From Phyllosticta citribraziliensis (lineage: Eukaryota): a DNA stretch of 64,000 nt. The stretch is from positions 310,001 to 374,000 of the forward strand of contig NW_027117351.1 in assembly GCF_038025025.1 (NCBI RefSeq), given 5' to 3'. A model generated the notes under the pieces. That model searched no databases and was not told where the DNA came from. It was given only the letters and a program-made list of their open reading frames with translations. The position numbers and the translations under genes were made by a program. Positions 32,068 through 45,186 of the stretch are shown in pieces (position 1 is the first letter of the stretch; each line of letters opens with the position of its first letter).

Positions 32068-33890
32068 ATGGTCGGCCTTTACCCTTCCATAAAACAGTGT
32101 GCCATAGTCGCCGCTGCCCTCAAGGTCTTGTTGTTCCCGGCATAGTGAGCTGCCCCCTTTCTGTCTCAGTCCTCAATCCACGTAATAACAAAACAGCAAA
32201 TCCACCGACTTCGAGGTTCACCGCAATTGGCTTGCCCTCACTCACTCGCTGTCTCCCAAGGAATGGTACTATGAAGTGAGACTCTGCATCCGAGACACCA
32301 ACCCCAAACACCACAGCTGATGGAATGAAAGAACACTTCGGAATGGACGCTGGACTATCCGCCGTTTTTTGCCTTTTTCGAATGCGCCCTGTCGCAGTTT
32401 GCCCGCTTCGTTGACCGGGCCATGTTGAATGTCGAGGCTCTTGGCTACGACTCGTGGAAAACCGTCTACTTTCAGCGTGCCACTGTCATCTTGACCGAGC
32501 TAGTTTTGGTTTATGCTCTCCATCTGCACGTCCTCCGGCCCAAGCTCAAGCTGCAAACCTCTAATTGTCCAGCAGCTACGTCAAGCAGTCCAGCTCCAAG
32601 AAACTCGCCCATGCCGCAGCTCTCTCGGTTCTGCTCTCCCCGGGCCTGCTCATCATCGACCACATCCACTTCCAGTACAATGGCTTCATGTTCGGTATCC
32701 TTGTGCTGTCCCTGGTCCTGGCACGGCAGCGGTCCACCCTGCTCCTCAGCGGCTACCTCTTTGCAATCTTGCTGTGCTTCAAGCACCTCTACCTATACGT
32801 CGCCCCAGCCTACTTTGTCTACTTGCTACGCGTATATTGCCTGAGCCCGCGCTCCATCTTCCGCATCCAATTCCTCAACTGCGCCAAGCTGGGCCTGGGT
32901 CTCGCGGCCATCTTTGCTGCCGCCTTTGGCCCCTTTGTCTACTGGGATCAAGTGCCCCAGCTGCTGACCCGCCTCTTCCCCTTTGACCGCGGCCTCACGC
33001 ACGCGTACTGGGCGCCAAACTTCTGGGCCATGTACTCGTTTGTCGACCGCGTGCTGCTGTTTCTGGCGCCGTACCTCAAGCTCCCCGTCGATCAGACGGC
33101 CGCGACCAGTCTGACCCGCGGCTTCGTGGGCGACGCGTCGTTCGCGGTGCTCCCCAACGTCCCCAAGCAAGCCACCTTTGCGCTAGCTCTGCTCTTCCAG
33201 ATTGTGCGTCTCCCTCGTCGCTCTCCACACAGCCCCAGCTAACCTCCACCTCCAGATCCCGCTCATCAAACTCTTCATCAAGCCCACGTGGGACGCCTTT
33301 GTCGGCGCCGTGACGCTGTGCGGCTACGCGTCGTTCCTATTCGGCTGGCACGTCCACGAGAAGGCCATCCTGACCGTCATCATCCCCTTCAGCCTCATCG
33401 CGCTCAAGGACCGCCGCTACTTGGGCGCCTTCCGCCCGCTCGCCGTCGCCGGGCACGTCAGCCTCTTCCCGCTGCTCTTCACGCCCATGGAGTTCCCCAT
33501 CAAGACCGTCTACACCATTCTCTGGCTGGTCGGCCTGCTGGTGGCGTTTGACAAGGTGACGCCGGCGTACGTCTCCCTCCCGTGCCCTTCCCCAAATCTC
33601 TTCCCCTCTTCGCTCTCCGCCCTCCGCTTTCTCTAGACAGGCAAAGGAAGCCAATGCTAACGCAAAACCGCCCTCGCAGCCCCGCACACCCCCGCTTCTT
33701 TCTCCTCGACCGCTTCGCGCTGCTGTACATCGCCGTCGCCATCCCGCTCATCGCGTACACGTCGCTGCTCCACGGGGTCGTCTTCGGCAGCCGGCTTGCC
33801 TTCCTGCCGCTCATGTTCACCAGCTCCTACTCGGCCGTCGGCGTCTTTGGCAGCTGGCTCGGCTTCATGAATGTGTACTTAAGCGACTGA
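32068..33890 (+). CDS. ALG8: Dolichyl-PP-Glc1Man9GlcNAc2 alpha-1,3-glucosyltransferase
   Basis: Five introns. Motifs [26 protein letters not shown]...[54 protein letters not shown]. An in-frame ATG also lies at 32056. Confidence 0.97.
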
Positions 33891-35068
33891 TGCAGATAGC
33901 GTAGCTGGCATTTCCTGCCTACCTGCTCCTGGTTGTGAAGGCTGGGAAGCAGGCAGGCAAGCAGGCGTGTGGGCAGTGAGCTACTTTCGAACAAAACCAG
34001 ATGCGATATAGCGTTGCAAACAAAAAAAAAAGCCTTGAATGTAGGCACTGCCTGCACCTTACATTTATCTCACCATGCCTAGCAGCACCACAGTACCACA
34101 AAATGTAAATCAAAATAGAACAGCGAGCCAAGCTTCGCAATACAGTGCAGCCTTTGATTGCACCCCGCTATTTTTAGCCCAGCAAAACAATCGGGTCGAT
34201 CCCATATCCTTGAACCCTGACTTGCCCCTGAACCTGGACCTGGAACCGAACTGAACCCTGAGCTCAGTTGGTCGGCACTTGTGTATGTATAGTGTTCTAC
34301 ACTGTACTGTACGCACTGCACTGTATGCACACCGATGTCAGTCATTGGCATCAAGGCAGCCGTGTACGCTGTTCTCAACCGCGCAAGCACGCACGCATAC
34401 TGCGTCGAGACCGCGTCCGCTCACGTGTAAACTGGCGAGCGACACCTACGCGATCAGGACACGGCGCACACAGCATGTACTGTACAGCAAAGTAGACAGA
34501 CCAACCCTGCGCAGCCGCCGGCGCCCGGGAGATGAACGCTCTGCGGCAGGGAAGATGCCGACGTCTGTCTTGTTTTCCATCGAACTCTTCTGCGTGTGTA
34601 CGGCACTGCCTCGCGTTTGATCGCCCTTGTATGATGGGTACAGTACGGCATTTGTGCGGAGTGTTTGTCCATCTTCATGCACGTAATAAATAGGTAGGTG
34701 GATGCCTAGGCCAGCGTGCTTCCTTGAGGCTACGGTGTTGCACTGCACTGCCTCAGGCTGCAATCTCCTCATCACCGTCATCATCTCCGCAGGAAATATG
34801 ACGCCTAGAGCCAGACGGCAGAGACAGATGGGACGAGAAGGGACAGGATGGCGAGATGACGCCAATTCGCCGCGCGGGTGCAAGGCTAGAGCGAGCGTTG
34901 CCGCGCTGGTCGTTTACCGCTGCTGCGTGAGGAGAGTGCAGAGGTTGGTTCGGGAGAGGTTTGTGGGACCGGACGGACCAGACGTGTAGACAGATGATGT
35001 CAACACCACAAAACGCATCCGCTTGATGCTCCATTGCTGTTGGTGTTGGTATCTTCGATCGCACCCAT

Positions 35069-36308
35069 CTAGCACTGAAACGCCACGCCCTTCTTCTCCA
35101 CCACGGCCTTCCCACCCCCCGCAAACCCCGTGCCCTCGCAGCGAATCTCGACCAACCCCGGCTTCAACCCGCCGTCCTTCTTCTTCCTGTCCTTATCCTT
35201 CTTGTCCTTGCGCTTCGCCTTCGCTTCGCTGACGACCTCCTCGCAGACGTAGCAGCGCACGACGCCGGCCTCTGGCTGCTGCTCTGCCGCTGCCGATGCG
35301 GACGTCTGGTGATGCGGATCCAGCGGCTCGGGCGTCAGGAACTGCTTTGCGCACGGCTTGCACACGACGTGGCCGCACGGCACCGCCAGCACGGCTTTTG
35401 TGGCGTTGGACAGGCCTTTGCGGCAGGACGGGCAGGTGCGCAGCTTGTCGTCTGCGCTGCCGCTGCCGCCGCCGCCGCGCGGTGCCGCTGCATCTTCGGT
35501 GAAGCGCACCGTGACGAGCGTCTTCAGAGAGTAGGGGTGCGGCGCGGCGTCGTCGGAGCCGGGGCAGATGGGGTGGAGCTTTATGGGCGCAGAGGCAGCA
35601 GGCGTGGCGGTGGTGGTAGAAGCGGTTGGGGCTTGCGAGGGCACCCAGAAGGAGGGCAGCTGTTTTGCGGCGAGGGATTGGTTCTGTCGTGGGGTTAGTG
35701 GTGGTGGTGGTGGAGAGCATCGTCGGTGGTCAGCGCACCTGTTCTTCCTCCAACGCTTTGCGCGCCTTGGACCGCTCCTCCAGCGCCGCACGCAAGATTT
35801 CCTCCTCATCGACCTCGAATCTCCGCTTCGTGCCTCTCTTGCGCTCTTCAACCTCAGCCTCGCCGCCGCCATCCTCCCCATTTCTCCTCTTCTTCGCCTC
35901 CCACCCCATCTGCACCCGCTCAAAGTCCAACACGGCCTTTTTCTGCTCCTCATCCTCGGCCCTGCCCCTCTCCTCCGCCTCTTCCTTTTCCCGCCGCTCG
36001 CGCTCCCGCTCTAGCCGCGCAATCTCCTTGCGCTGCGCCAGCAGGTTCGCGACGGCGCACTCGCGGCAGAAAATGTCGCCGCCCGTCGCGCACGCCACCG
36101 GGTCCCGGCTGGGCAGGAGGCAGAGCCGGCACGAGGCGAACGGCAGGAACGAGTCGCGCGCGAGTCGCGTCCGCTGCGAGCCCCAGGTCGACTTGAGCTG
36201 GTCGCGCTCGTACGAGGTGAAGAAGGCGAGCGAGGTGTTGCGCTTACCTGAGTTGCGAGTTAGCCATGTAATTTGTGTAGTATTGAGGCAAGATATACTG
36301 TGCGACAT
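35069..36308 (-). CDS. NOSIP-like RING/U-box protein
   Basis: Introns 36248-36298 and 35684-35738. [18 protein letters not shown]...[23 protein letters not shown]...[18 protein letters not shown]...CGHVVCKPC...[13 protein letters not shown]...AFQC. Confidence 0.92.
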
Positions 36309-36849
36309 GTCGGCAGCGGAATTGAGATGGCTACGCCGGAGTACTGCTGGAATTGCGCCAGGCGGAGTGAAGAGAATGGCAATGTGAGCGGTAGTGTTTG
36401 GACGATGCAGACGAGCGACGCGACGAGACGATGACGCCCCCGGCCATGTCTTCTCGAGCACGGACCCTGGCTGGACTCTCAGGCCTCTCAGGTCTCGGAG
36501 CAAAAAGTTGCAGAACTCATATCTGCAGCATTCCACCGGGATGTGGTCCTATGTTCCATGAGGGACGTTGAAGATAGAGAAGGAGAAACACTATCCATCC
36601 TTTGCACAGCAAGACTTTGTCTCCAGCCCCTCCCGATCCCGATGCCGCTGGAGGAAAACGCGGCCCGGGCTCAAGCTCCAAGTTGTTGGCAGCGTGCAAG
36701 GGCCCCCCTCGCGCCCATCGCCGCCAGGTCGAACCGTCAGCTCCACCGATTTTTCCCAACCGTAAACTCTGTCTCCGTCTCTATCCCCTTTCCTTTTTTC
36801 CCTCCCTCCCATGCCTGCGTCTCCGATGCGTCGAGTCTGAGGGAGCGAG

Positions 36850-38282
36850 ATGCCGCCGGCCGATGACCACCCCCAACATCACAACCACAACCCGCCGCAC
36901 GGCAACAACAGCGGGAATGCTGCCGCAGCGTCGCAGCTCCAACACCACCCGCCGGCGCCCAGCCTCCCGTGGCGATGCGGCTCCGTCGCGACCATGGGCA
37001 TCGTCGGGCTGCTGTGTCGCGGCTTCTTGTCGGGCCTGAGCAACCTCGAGGTCAATGGCATGGACAATTTCCTGCGTCTGCTCGACGAGCGGCGCAGCGT
37101 CGAGGGCAGGGAGCGCGGTTTGATTACTGGTTCGTTCGTCCCCGCCTCTGTTGACGCAGCGGTACTCGTGGAAAAGACAAAAGCTAATGGCGCCGCTTGC
37201 GATCAACAGTTAGCAACCATGTGTCCGTTGTACGTATGTACGCCTTGATGCCGGCGCCACCGTTGTCGTCGCCGCCGTCTGTTCGCTGCGCTCTGCCTGG
37301 CTAACTGCCCGCCGTTGCGCTCTCCAGCTGGATGACCCGCTGCTATGGGGCTCGCTGCCTCTCTCCTACATGTTCAATCCCGACAACCTGCGCTGGAGCC
37401 TTGCAAGCCACGACCTGGCTTTCCCCAACAAGTACACGCCGCCCGCCTGCTGCTGGCGCGTTGGACGCCGCTGACACTGCTGCCAGGACGCTCTCGCTCT
37501 TCTTCTCTCTCGGCCAGACGCTGCCCTGCCACCGCCTGGCACACTCGCCCCATGGCGGCCTCTTCCAGCCCACCATGACGCAGGCCATCCGGCTGCTGTC
37601 GCGCGCGCCCTTTGCCAAACCACCGCCACCAGCGGAGAAGGCGCCGGCGGTTGACAGCCGCGACATCCCCGACCCCTTCTCCTCCGCCGCCCTGACATAC
37701 ACGACCAACGGTCACGACTCGTTCCCCGCGCCGGCAGCCTGGCTCTCGCGCCGGCACGCCTGGGTGCACATCTTCCCGGAGGGCAAGGTGCACCAAAAGG
37801 ACGACCGCACGATGCGCTACTTCAAATGGGGCGTGGCGCGGCTGATACTCGAGAGCGAGCCCTGTCCCGACGTGGTGCCCATGTGGGTCGAAGGACCGGA
37901 CCAGATCATGCACGAGTCGCGCACCTTCCCGCGCTTCCTGCCGCGCGTCGGCAAGACGGTCAACGTCACGTTCGGCGACAAGGTCGACACGGACGCCGTG
38001 TTTGGCGACCTGCGCGCGCGCTGGCGCCGCCTCAAGGAGCGCTACGACGGCGGCGACACCCTCGAGGTCGGCGTGCTGAACGACGGCCTGAAGCACGCCA
38101 AGGAGGCCGTCGAGCTGCGCAAGGAGTGCACCATGCGCGTCAGGAACGAGGTGCTGAAGGTGCGCAGGGCGAGGGGCCTCCCCGACGAGGATCCCAAGGT
38201 GGGCTTGGTTGAGACGTGGGCGTTGGAGGGCCCGGGACAGGAGGGCAAGAAGAAGGACGATAGCTGGGTCAAGGATGTGTAA
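36850..38282 (+). CDS. TAZ1: Tafazzin (cardiolipin transacylase)
   Basis: Three introns including a 20-nt exon (37210-37229). Motifs GLITVSNHVSVLDDPLLWG, WVHIFPEGKVHQ, RYFKWGVARLILE. Confidence 0.96.
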
Positions 38283-39889
38283 GAAGGGCCTTGCTGTCGC
38301 ATATATGAGCTGCGTTAGATGAGGGACATGGAGATGGCTAGAGTTTTTCTTTTGTAAAGACTTGGTGGGGCAATAGGAGACGAGTCGAAAAAGAAAATGG
38401 TAGTTGGTTATGAAATGTAAACTCTGACCGTCAAAGAAGCAATTGTTATGCGCATTGTAATATATGCATCTACAGAGCACCCATCCATCACCTCATCTGC
38501 ACCCTTATAGCACCCCCTTCATCTGTCACCCACCATAACAAGCGCCGCACCTTTAAATCCAACCTCTAACTAAATAACGACGCCAACTTGTTACATGCAT
38601 ACACATACACACAAAGAAAGAACGGTGGCCCTCAAATTAGCTCTCTTGTTCTCACCGACAACCACAGCGGCGGCGCGGCGCATGGGGAAGCCCTTAAAGG
38701 TCGCCCACCACACGCACGCGCACCAGACCGGGCTGCCTGCAACTTTGGCTTGTTCTCATCATCGGGCAAAAGATAAAACTGCCTCTCCGTCTCATCCGTC
38801 TGTTTGTCCGTCTGTCCGTCCGTCGTTTCAACGCTTTGAACGCGCGCATCACCTCCTCCGTCCCCCCAATTCTTCTTCTTCTTCTTCTTCTCCGCCGCTC
38901 CCCCTCCTCCTCGCGAGCAGCCACCCAACGAACAAACAAACGAACGAACGACCCCACCACGACGACAGCAGCCCCCCACCCACCCACCCACCCAGTTGCT
39001 CGACGGAGCAAAAAACGCCCTGGCCTCCGATTGAAAACTACATGTGCACTCTCACTAGCGCGCTGTATTGCACGTATGCGGCAAGGGACAGCAGGCAGCC
39101 GGCGACCAACTGGCCAAACCGAACTGCGCGGCGATGCCTCCTCTCCCGCTTACATGCGTGGCGGCTTCGAGGCGAAGTGGTGTCGTCATTGGCCGCGCCC
39201 ACCCCGTGGGTGTGTGCTGCGACGACGAGCGGGCTGTGTGGATGGCTGGATGGCTGGCTGGCTGTTGAGGAGATGGACGAAGCTGTGAGGCAAGGTCGAT
39301 CCCGTGGGGGAGTAGGTGGGTAAGCAAGCAAGTGAGAAGACTGCAAAGAAAGAAGCAGGCGACGCGAAGGAGAAGAATAGAGAGAAAGGGAGAGAGAGGA
39401 AATGAAGGAAATGACGATGAGACGAAGCTAGGCCGAACGAAAGACAGAAAGACAGACAGACAGACAGAAAGATCGAAAAGACTCCTCCACTCAACTCAAC
39501 CGCCACAGCACGCCGCCGCGCCCAACGTCGCCTCCGATCTCTGTTCTTGAGCACCCATGGCCGGCCAGCCAGCCAGCCAGCCGGCGAGCGAGCGAGCGCG
39601 CAAGCGCTCAGCTGCAGCGGCGGCGGCGGCGGCACGGCTGTCGTGTAAGCTCGGTGATGGTTGTCGTCACTGACGACTTTTTGCTGGGGCGCGACGTGCT
39701 GCTTTGGTTGAAAGTTGGGGATGGATGGGAGAGGGAGGGATGTAGGTGCAGGCTGGGAAGATGTCGTTGATGAGAGGGTGTGGTCTGTGCGGGGGATGAG
39801 CCTTCAGGGCAGGGAATACCTGGCTCGTGGGTGTGGCTGGTGAGGGGTGTTGTGGCGTAAGTGTTCACTGGTCGATATCAAATCCCTCG

Positions 39890-39948
39890 GCTGTGGTGAA
39901 GTGATTCCCTAGCTTTATCCGTGGTAGTGGATGCATTCTCCCTAGGTG
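39890..39948 (+). repeat. Degenerate copy (two units) of the 33-nt repeat family
   Basis: 39919-39948 matches unit 2 at 26228-26257 at 22/30 positions; a shorter decayed unit precedes it. Confidence 0.55.
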
Positions 39949-40168
39949 ATGTTGCATAGAAATAGGACCATCTCACGGCTGTCTATGCGTCACTTCAATT
40001 ACTCCTCGATATCAGGCCTCGCACGCATGCTACTTCGCCATACAACTTGCATTCTATGCTTTCAGATCTATAGGAAAAGGTGAAAGAGCTTTAAACAGCT
40101 CCGTAACCCTGTCTTGACATTTCTTCGTGTCAGTCATTGTACATGAAGGCCCTCCACGTGCCGCGCGG

Positions 40169-41183
40169 CTACTGCTTCCCCAGCTTAAATGGAGCGTTGA
40201 CCGGCTTGACAACAACGCGTTCTTTCGGGTCATGGATGAACGGGATGCCGATGGTAGTCTTGGAGCGGTAGTCCTGATACTCGCCCTTAAAGATGACGTT
40301 GACCAGATACGTCTCCTCGTCTGAGCAAACAGTTAGCAAGGGCTTGTAAGCTCTGGCTGGACAACTCACGATGAATCCTCCTATTGAAAAAATTCCACAG
40401 CACCAGCGCGTAGCCGACCAGACAAACTGTGTTTCCGAGCAGCAGTTGCGTGCCCAGTCCCCACCAAAAGAAACCAAAGTAGCTGGGGTGTCTTAGCCAA
40501 GCATAGATGCCCGTCCTCACAAGCTGGTGGCCGTCATTCTTCTTGCTCTGCACCATGTGATTGAAGTTGGTGCCGGCCTGCGCCATGGCAATGGTCCTGA
40601 CCACTTGCCCGAGTAGGACGAGGAAAAGTCCCAGGACGAGCCTCAGACCCCCAAGCTCCAGCTTGTACTGGAAGTTGGGGAAGTAGTAGCGAGTGACCAG
40701 GTGCTCAAAGCATGCGGCCGTGTGGGCAATCTGGTACTCTCGGCCGTTTGTGAGCAGAAACGACGCCGTCTTGACGGCGGCCGTGTTGTACCTGGCCGTG
40801 ATCCAATACTCGAGAAAGTGAAAGACGCAGAGCACGGCGAGGAAAAAGGGCGCCCGCCAAACGGGGTCCTGCTTGACCTGGGCGAGGTACAGGGCGCCAG
40901 CGATGCTCAGGCCCAGCGTCTGGCCGATCAGAAAGGCGCGGGTGCCGATGCCCGAAAGCGAGCGCGGCTGTCCGGGCAGCAGTTCCTTTGCTTCGACGGC
41001 AAAGGTGGCCCGTGGGTCTTGATTTGCCTGGAGCGTTGCCTGCTCGCGCTCGCGCATCTCGGTATCTAGTTCTTTGGTGTAGGTGCCCTGACTCGGGGGC
41101 CGGTTGACGGGCCACGAGATGGGCGCGTCGCCGTTGGATGAAGAGACACCATTGCCGTTGGCGTGATGGATGCTGTCGGCCAT
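40169..41183 (-). CDS. STE14: Isoprenylcysteine carboxyl methyltransferase
   Basis: Intron 40321-40369. FHFLEYWITA, AMAQAGTNFNHMVQ...HQLVRTGIYAWLRHPSYFGFFWW.LGTQ, RIHHEE...GEYQDYRSKT.IGIPFI. Confidence 0.96.
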
Positions 41184-41749
41184 GGTGGTGGAAGGACTCG
41201 AGGGTAGAGGCGTCTAGATGCGAGGAGGTTTCATTTCGAGGCTGGGACGACAGAGGCGCGCGCGTCGCTATTAGAAGCGGGACAAAGCGACGAGCGAACA
41301 ATATCAGAGCCGGAGGAAAAAGAAACGCCCACAAAAGGCAGGCTACAGCGGCGTGGTGTTGCGCGCCGCATGCGGGACGGCGGTCTGAAAGGCGGTGAGC
41401 AGTTTGATCGGCAGCCTTGTGCCAGAGCAAAGCAGTCCGCAAAAGAAGGGTGCACTTGAAGCTTCTGAGGTGGACTTTGATGAGATCTACTCATCATCTG
41501 CGTCGGCGTCGGCAGCATCCAAGTCGCAATAGACACCAGTTGCCAAAGCGATTCCACCTGCCACATCCATTGCACAGCCACCAGGACCAGCCTTACGGGA
41601 GATCAGATAAGATGATCTAGACCGTGCGGGACTACCCCCTGCCCTGTCACCACGACGTCGATCCTCCAAACTGTCCACGTCTCTTCTCTCGTACTCACTC
41701 CCCAGGCCTCTGTTTTACTGTTTGGATTCAAATCTGCAAGGAGAGCAAC

Positions 41750-42723
41750 ATGTCAGCACCAGCGGAGATTGACGAGGTGGAAAACCACAAAAAGATGCTC
41801 CGTGGGGAGCTCTACCACGCCTTTACCCCTCAATTGACTGCCTTGCGCACACGCTGCCAGCATGCTTGCAAGCGCTACAACAATGCAGGCGAAGTCTCAC
41901 GCCGAAAGCTGGTTGAATTGTTCAGGGAGTAAGTTCAGCTTTCATTCCCGTCCCATGAACCTCCCACACGACATCACGAACACCAACTCTTTCCCTATTC
42001 AACCATGTCTAACACTTGCACAGCGTCCTCCACGACTCAACGCCACTCCCTGCTGAAGCCGAAACGCCTGAAGCAGACGCCGCCCTCTTTGAGGACGAGC
42101 CATGGGTCGAGGCCCCTCTGCACTTCGACTACGGCACAAACATCAGCATGGGCAAAAACGTCTTCATCAACTTCAACTGCACCATCCTCGACACGTGCAA
42201 GGTGACGGTCGGCTCGCGCACGCTGATGGGCCCCAACGTCTCGCTCTACAGCGGCACGCACCCGCTCGACCCGGCCATCCGCAACGGCACCCGCGGCCCC
42301 GAGTCTGGTGGCGAGATCCACATTGGCGAAGACTGCTGGATCGCCGGCAACGTCACCATCCTGCCCGGCGTCTCCATCGGCCGCGGCAGCACCGTCGGCG
42401 CCGGCAGCGTCGTCACCAAAAACGTACCCCCCTTCACCGTCGTCGCCGGCAACCCCGCGCGCATCATCAGGAAGATTGAGACGCTCATGGACCCCGAGCA
42501 GGCTGCTGCCAAGGGCGTCGGCCCCGTCGTGTTGGGCGATGAGACCGCCCCTGATTCCCAGGCCCGCCTGAAGAGGCAGGAGACGCCAAAGGTGGATCCT
42601 TCCCTCACTCAGGACCATGACGAGGACGGCGAGAGGAGAGACTTGCAGGCAGAGGAAAAGTTTTGGCGTGCGTTTGCGGCGAGCGAGAAAGGTGCCGCAG
42701 AATCCGGAGCTTACCAGAAGTAA
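41750..42723 (+). CDS. Maltose/galactoside O-acetyltransferase (hexapeptide-repeat LbH family)
   Basis: Intron 41929-42023. KKMLRGELYHAF (Mac domain), PWVEAPLHFDYGTNI...FINFNCTILD...THPLDP...IGEDCWIAGNVTILPGV.IG.GSTVGAGSVVTKNVP...AGNPAR. Confidence 0.93.
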
Positions 42724-43777
42724 CCACACAGCAGCTTGCCAGAATATCGGGCGGCGAACAGACGCATTTTTCCGCGGCATCACACGGCGTCTGAGCGCAG
42801 CATGAGGACCATAGAATGAGTTCTTACCTAGACCATCAGCAGACCGAATTGCATTTTCCCTTTTCTCCAACCCGCAGTGAAAAGCCCTCAAAGCATGCAG
42901 GTAGTGGATAGGAAGCTTTCTTTCCACTGCGCGTCCAACGCCTCTCTGAGGTTCCTGACGCGCGCTGATCTTTCCGGGTCTTTGAACAATGGGTGCTCCG
43001 AGGCGACACCGCGCATGTTGGAGATGCCCGAGCGGATGCTCCTGATTTGCTGCGTCAAGGGAGCAGCCATGGTCGGTGATCGCAATGGCTTGCTTGCTTG
43101 CTTGGGGTTGTTGGGTGAGGAGTGGAAGAAGGCAGGCGTCTTGGGGGAGATTGGAGACGCTTCCGAAGAGGTGGATGGTTGATGTCTCGCGTGGCTGTTG
43201 AGTCGCCTTTGAAGTACCTACCTTGCGCGTGGCAGCCTTGCGCAATCAATACCGTCGCGGCTTGTTTGTGCGTCCTTGATGGAGGCTCTTTTCACACTTG
43301 TTTGCTACGAAAGCACCGCTGAGGCTGACAGCTTCACGGTCGACGGCTACACGGAGTCTCTCGCTGCTGACGCGAGCAGGTACGAGGAGCATTCACAAGC
43401 TCAGCGGCGGCATGTCAAGGAGGCTTCGCCAACTTGCATAGGAGTCACGAAGGGACGCACGCAATGTTGGTAAGATGTATTTTCATTTCTTGCTCAAGAG
43501 CAATTGACTGTCTAAGCAAACGTTCCATCCCGTCGACCATCCTTGAAAAGGTCCTCCACCATATCAGCTCCCTTGTCGAAGTTGTACACAACCGCTGTCC
43601 CATCCCGTCTCGTATTACCCCAGGTGAAGCGGTCGACAGTTCCGACTTCGTGTCGTCGCCTTCGCGCGGCTTTTACTGTACAAAGTTCCTGGGAGAAGTC
43701 AATTTGAAGTGAACTTTGGAAGAAGGAAGGAAGACTTTGCTTACCTGAGGACCGGCCAACTCATACCCAGAGTTCTC

Positions 43778-44721
43778 TCAGCCTGCTTCGGAGAAGACGT
43801 CTCGGCGGCTGCGCATGGCGGTGGTGGCCGGCTTTTGGGTGTTGCTGGTCTTGTTGGCGTACGCGAAGTCCTTGACCTTGACCTCGCCCTGCTTGCTGTC
43901 GGTCCACCTGACCAAGGCCATCTTCTTGCGGGATGTGCTCTTGTGGATGGGGAGGCTCTTCTTCTTGGTGTCGTAGTTGTATACGGCGAAGTCCCTGACT
44001 CGGACTCCGTCCTGGTAGCCATTGTTCCCACCGTCCTTCTCGCCGGTGACGCGCTTGACAGAGGACACCTTCTTGACGGGGATGGTCTTCTTCGTGCGAG
44101 TGAACTGCGTCGCGGGAGAGAAGTTCTTCGGAGGGAAGAGCTTGTCCGGAGTACGCTTGGTGACAGGGCGAGTCTCCTTGACAGCGGGAGTCTTCTTGTC
44201 GTCGGTCGTCTTGACGTCCGACTCGGAACCACTGCTCTCGACGGCGATCGCAAAAAACTTGGAGTGAATTTTGTTCCGGAGCCTGTAGCGAGGCTTCATC
44301 GCCATCTCCCCAACCAGTCTTCCGTCCGCACCGATGAAGGATTCTGCAAGGTATTAGCTATGATCTCTTTCGTCGCGTCATTTCCCTCACCTTTTTCGGC
44401 GTGGCGCCGCTGGCAGTCCTTGACCCAGTATACCAGGTCGTCGAATTTCCTGCACCTCTCCTCAAAGGTCAGGTCGTGGGTCATGGCCGGACTCGAGCAT
44501 TCGCTGGTCTCCTGGCACTCGGTGCCCAGGTCAAAGCGCTCCTCCACCTGATCGCAGAGCTTGTCGATGGATTCGCTCGCCTCCACGGTCGGGCAGTTTT
44601 CGTTCCTCCAGACCTTGGGTCGCGAGGAGACCGGAACGTCGACAGAGGATGAGAGAGGCGAGGCGCATCTCATCGCCTCGGCGAACTGCTGGACAAGGGC
44701 GAAGGTGTTGTAAGCAGACAT
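43778..44721 (-). CDS. Hypothetical protein, Lys/Thr-rich
   Basis: Good start context (ACCATG at 44721). Intron 44344-44390 (GTGAGG...GCTAAT...GCAG) joins the two ORF-track frames; coding-like codon usage; no family recognised. Confidence 0.7.
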
Positions 44722-45186
44722 GGTGAGTGATTGAGGAGGTATAGAGGTATAAGTGTTGAATGGTTTGAGAGGGTGTAAAGGTATAAGTCTCGAGTCGTTT
44801 GAAAGAGGTTGAGAAAGGCCGGGTGGTGAAAAGTTGAAGTCCAGAAGGTTGCAAAGACGCCTTTTAACACCACCAGAACCACCACCGCCGCCGACGCCAA
44901 CCCAGCACGCGCCATGTGAATGTGAATGTGAATCACATCCATTACCACCACCGGCGGCAGCGGTCCGTGCAATACCCTCGGCGATGCCAAAATATACCGT
45001 GGTGTACAAAAAGGCAGACACCTGCCCGCATTGTTTACAAACACCACTCCAGTGTCAACACTTCCTCTTCTTTTTACCCCTTTCTCCACGTCCTGGAGGC
45101 CTTCTGCCGACGTTCGTATGCCCTTCTCTGACGCGTGGAGTAGACTGTTTTGTCTAGTCGATTGTTTTGCTGATGCTTGACCGCAG

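Noticed and set aside
44296..44305. Overlap of two minus-strand ORFs as a programmed frameshift
   Set aside because: Fully explained by the consensus intron at 44344-44390.
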